Assembly (NCBI GenBank): GCA_004431415.1
Contig: QPMI01000052.1
Coordinates: 1-57,314 of the forward strand
DNA: 57,314 nucleotides
Source of the DNA: Cyanophora paradoxa CCMP329
Lineage: Eukaryota > Plantae > Glaucophyta
Direction: 5' to 3'
Position 1 is the stretch's first letter, and each line of letters opens with the position of its first letter. The position numbers and the translations under genes were made by a program. Below the pieces are notes generated by a model. That model saw nothing but the letters and a program-made list of their open reading frames with translations. It was not told where the DNA came from and did no database searches. Positions 56,866 through 57,314 of this stretch are shown here, piece by piece.

Positions 56866-57110
56866 TCGAAGCTTTAATTATAAAATTTTAAGCCTCTAGT
56901 TAAGCCTTGAATTCAAGTTCGAATTCGATCAAGGCTTACTAAAGTTCACGTCTTCGAATCCCGCCCGTTCCACATAATTCCGATCGATCATGCCCCACCT
57001 TTCCTGTACACGCCCCCACAGTGCTGGAGTAGACTAGAGGCTGTGGCCGGTAATTCACCAAAAAACAAATTACTAAAGTTAACTTGAGGCTTAAAATTTT
57101 AAAGCTTCGA
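56866..57110. mobile_element. Candidate MITE / inverted-repeat element
   Basis: 56866-56903 and 57079-57110 are inverted copies (one mismatch plus a 6-bp indel) around about 175 bp of non-coding DNA. Confidence 0.45.
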
Positions 57111-57314
57111 TCGATCGACCGTCGGACCCGGCCCGGCGGCCCCCCGGCCCCCGGCCCCTACTACCCGGGGGTACGGGTATAGGCAATAGGCTATAGCTAC
57201 TAGGCTAGCGCTAGCGAGGCGCCGGCGCCGGCGCCGGCGCCGGCTCAGAGCTCGCGAGGAATCGAGGCAAGTTGAAGTGCAAGCACGGTGGAAGTACCCG
57301 GGACGCTTTTGCTT

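Overview
Eukaryotic genomic window in three compositional blocks. (1) 1-18740 is AT-rich and intron-free: the right-hand part of an endogenous small dsDNA virus of the Polinton-like/mriyavirus-like double-jelly-roll type. It carries an AEP primase running off the left edge, an A32/FtsK-type packaging ATPase, a major capsid protein, two head-to-head minor capsid (penton-like) genes, a patatin lipase fused to a discoidin domain, a 2141-aa phage-style fibre with a peptidase S74 chaperone, two paralogous short fibre-like genes, a zinc-ribbon ORF and an S-adenosylmethionine decarboxylase. It ends in a repeat-rich non-coding arm capped by a perfect 79-bp palindrome. (2) 18741-~29650 is a GC-rich Ty3/Gypsy LTR retrotransposon (large ORF1, PR, RT, RNase H, integrase). 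Its first ORF begins abruptly at the viral palindrome, so the virus appears to be inserted into the retrotransposon. The hairpin apex 11-mer GCGGAACGGTT recurs 21 bp into the target. (3) ~29700-57314 is very GC-rich host DNA with many short GT/GC-AG introns. It holds a multi-GAF hybrid histidine kinase, a claudin-like tetraspan protein, unknown genes, a glucan water dikinase, and a UGP3-like pyrophosphorylase with an MAF-type transit peptide, which together suggest a glaucophyte-like archaeplastid alga. All calls come from motif reading by eye; no searches were run, and boundaries of spliced or frameshifted genes are approximate.
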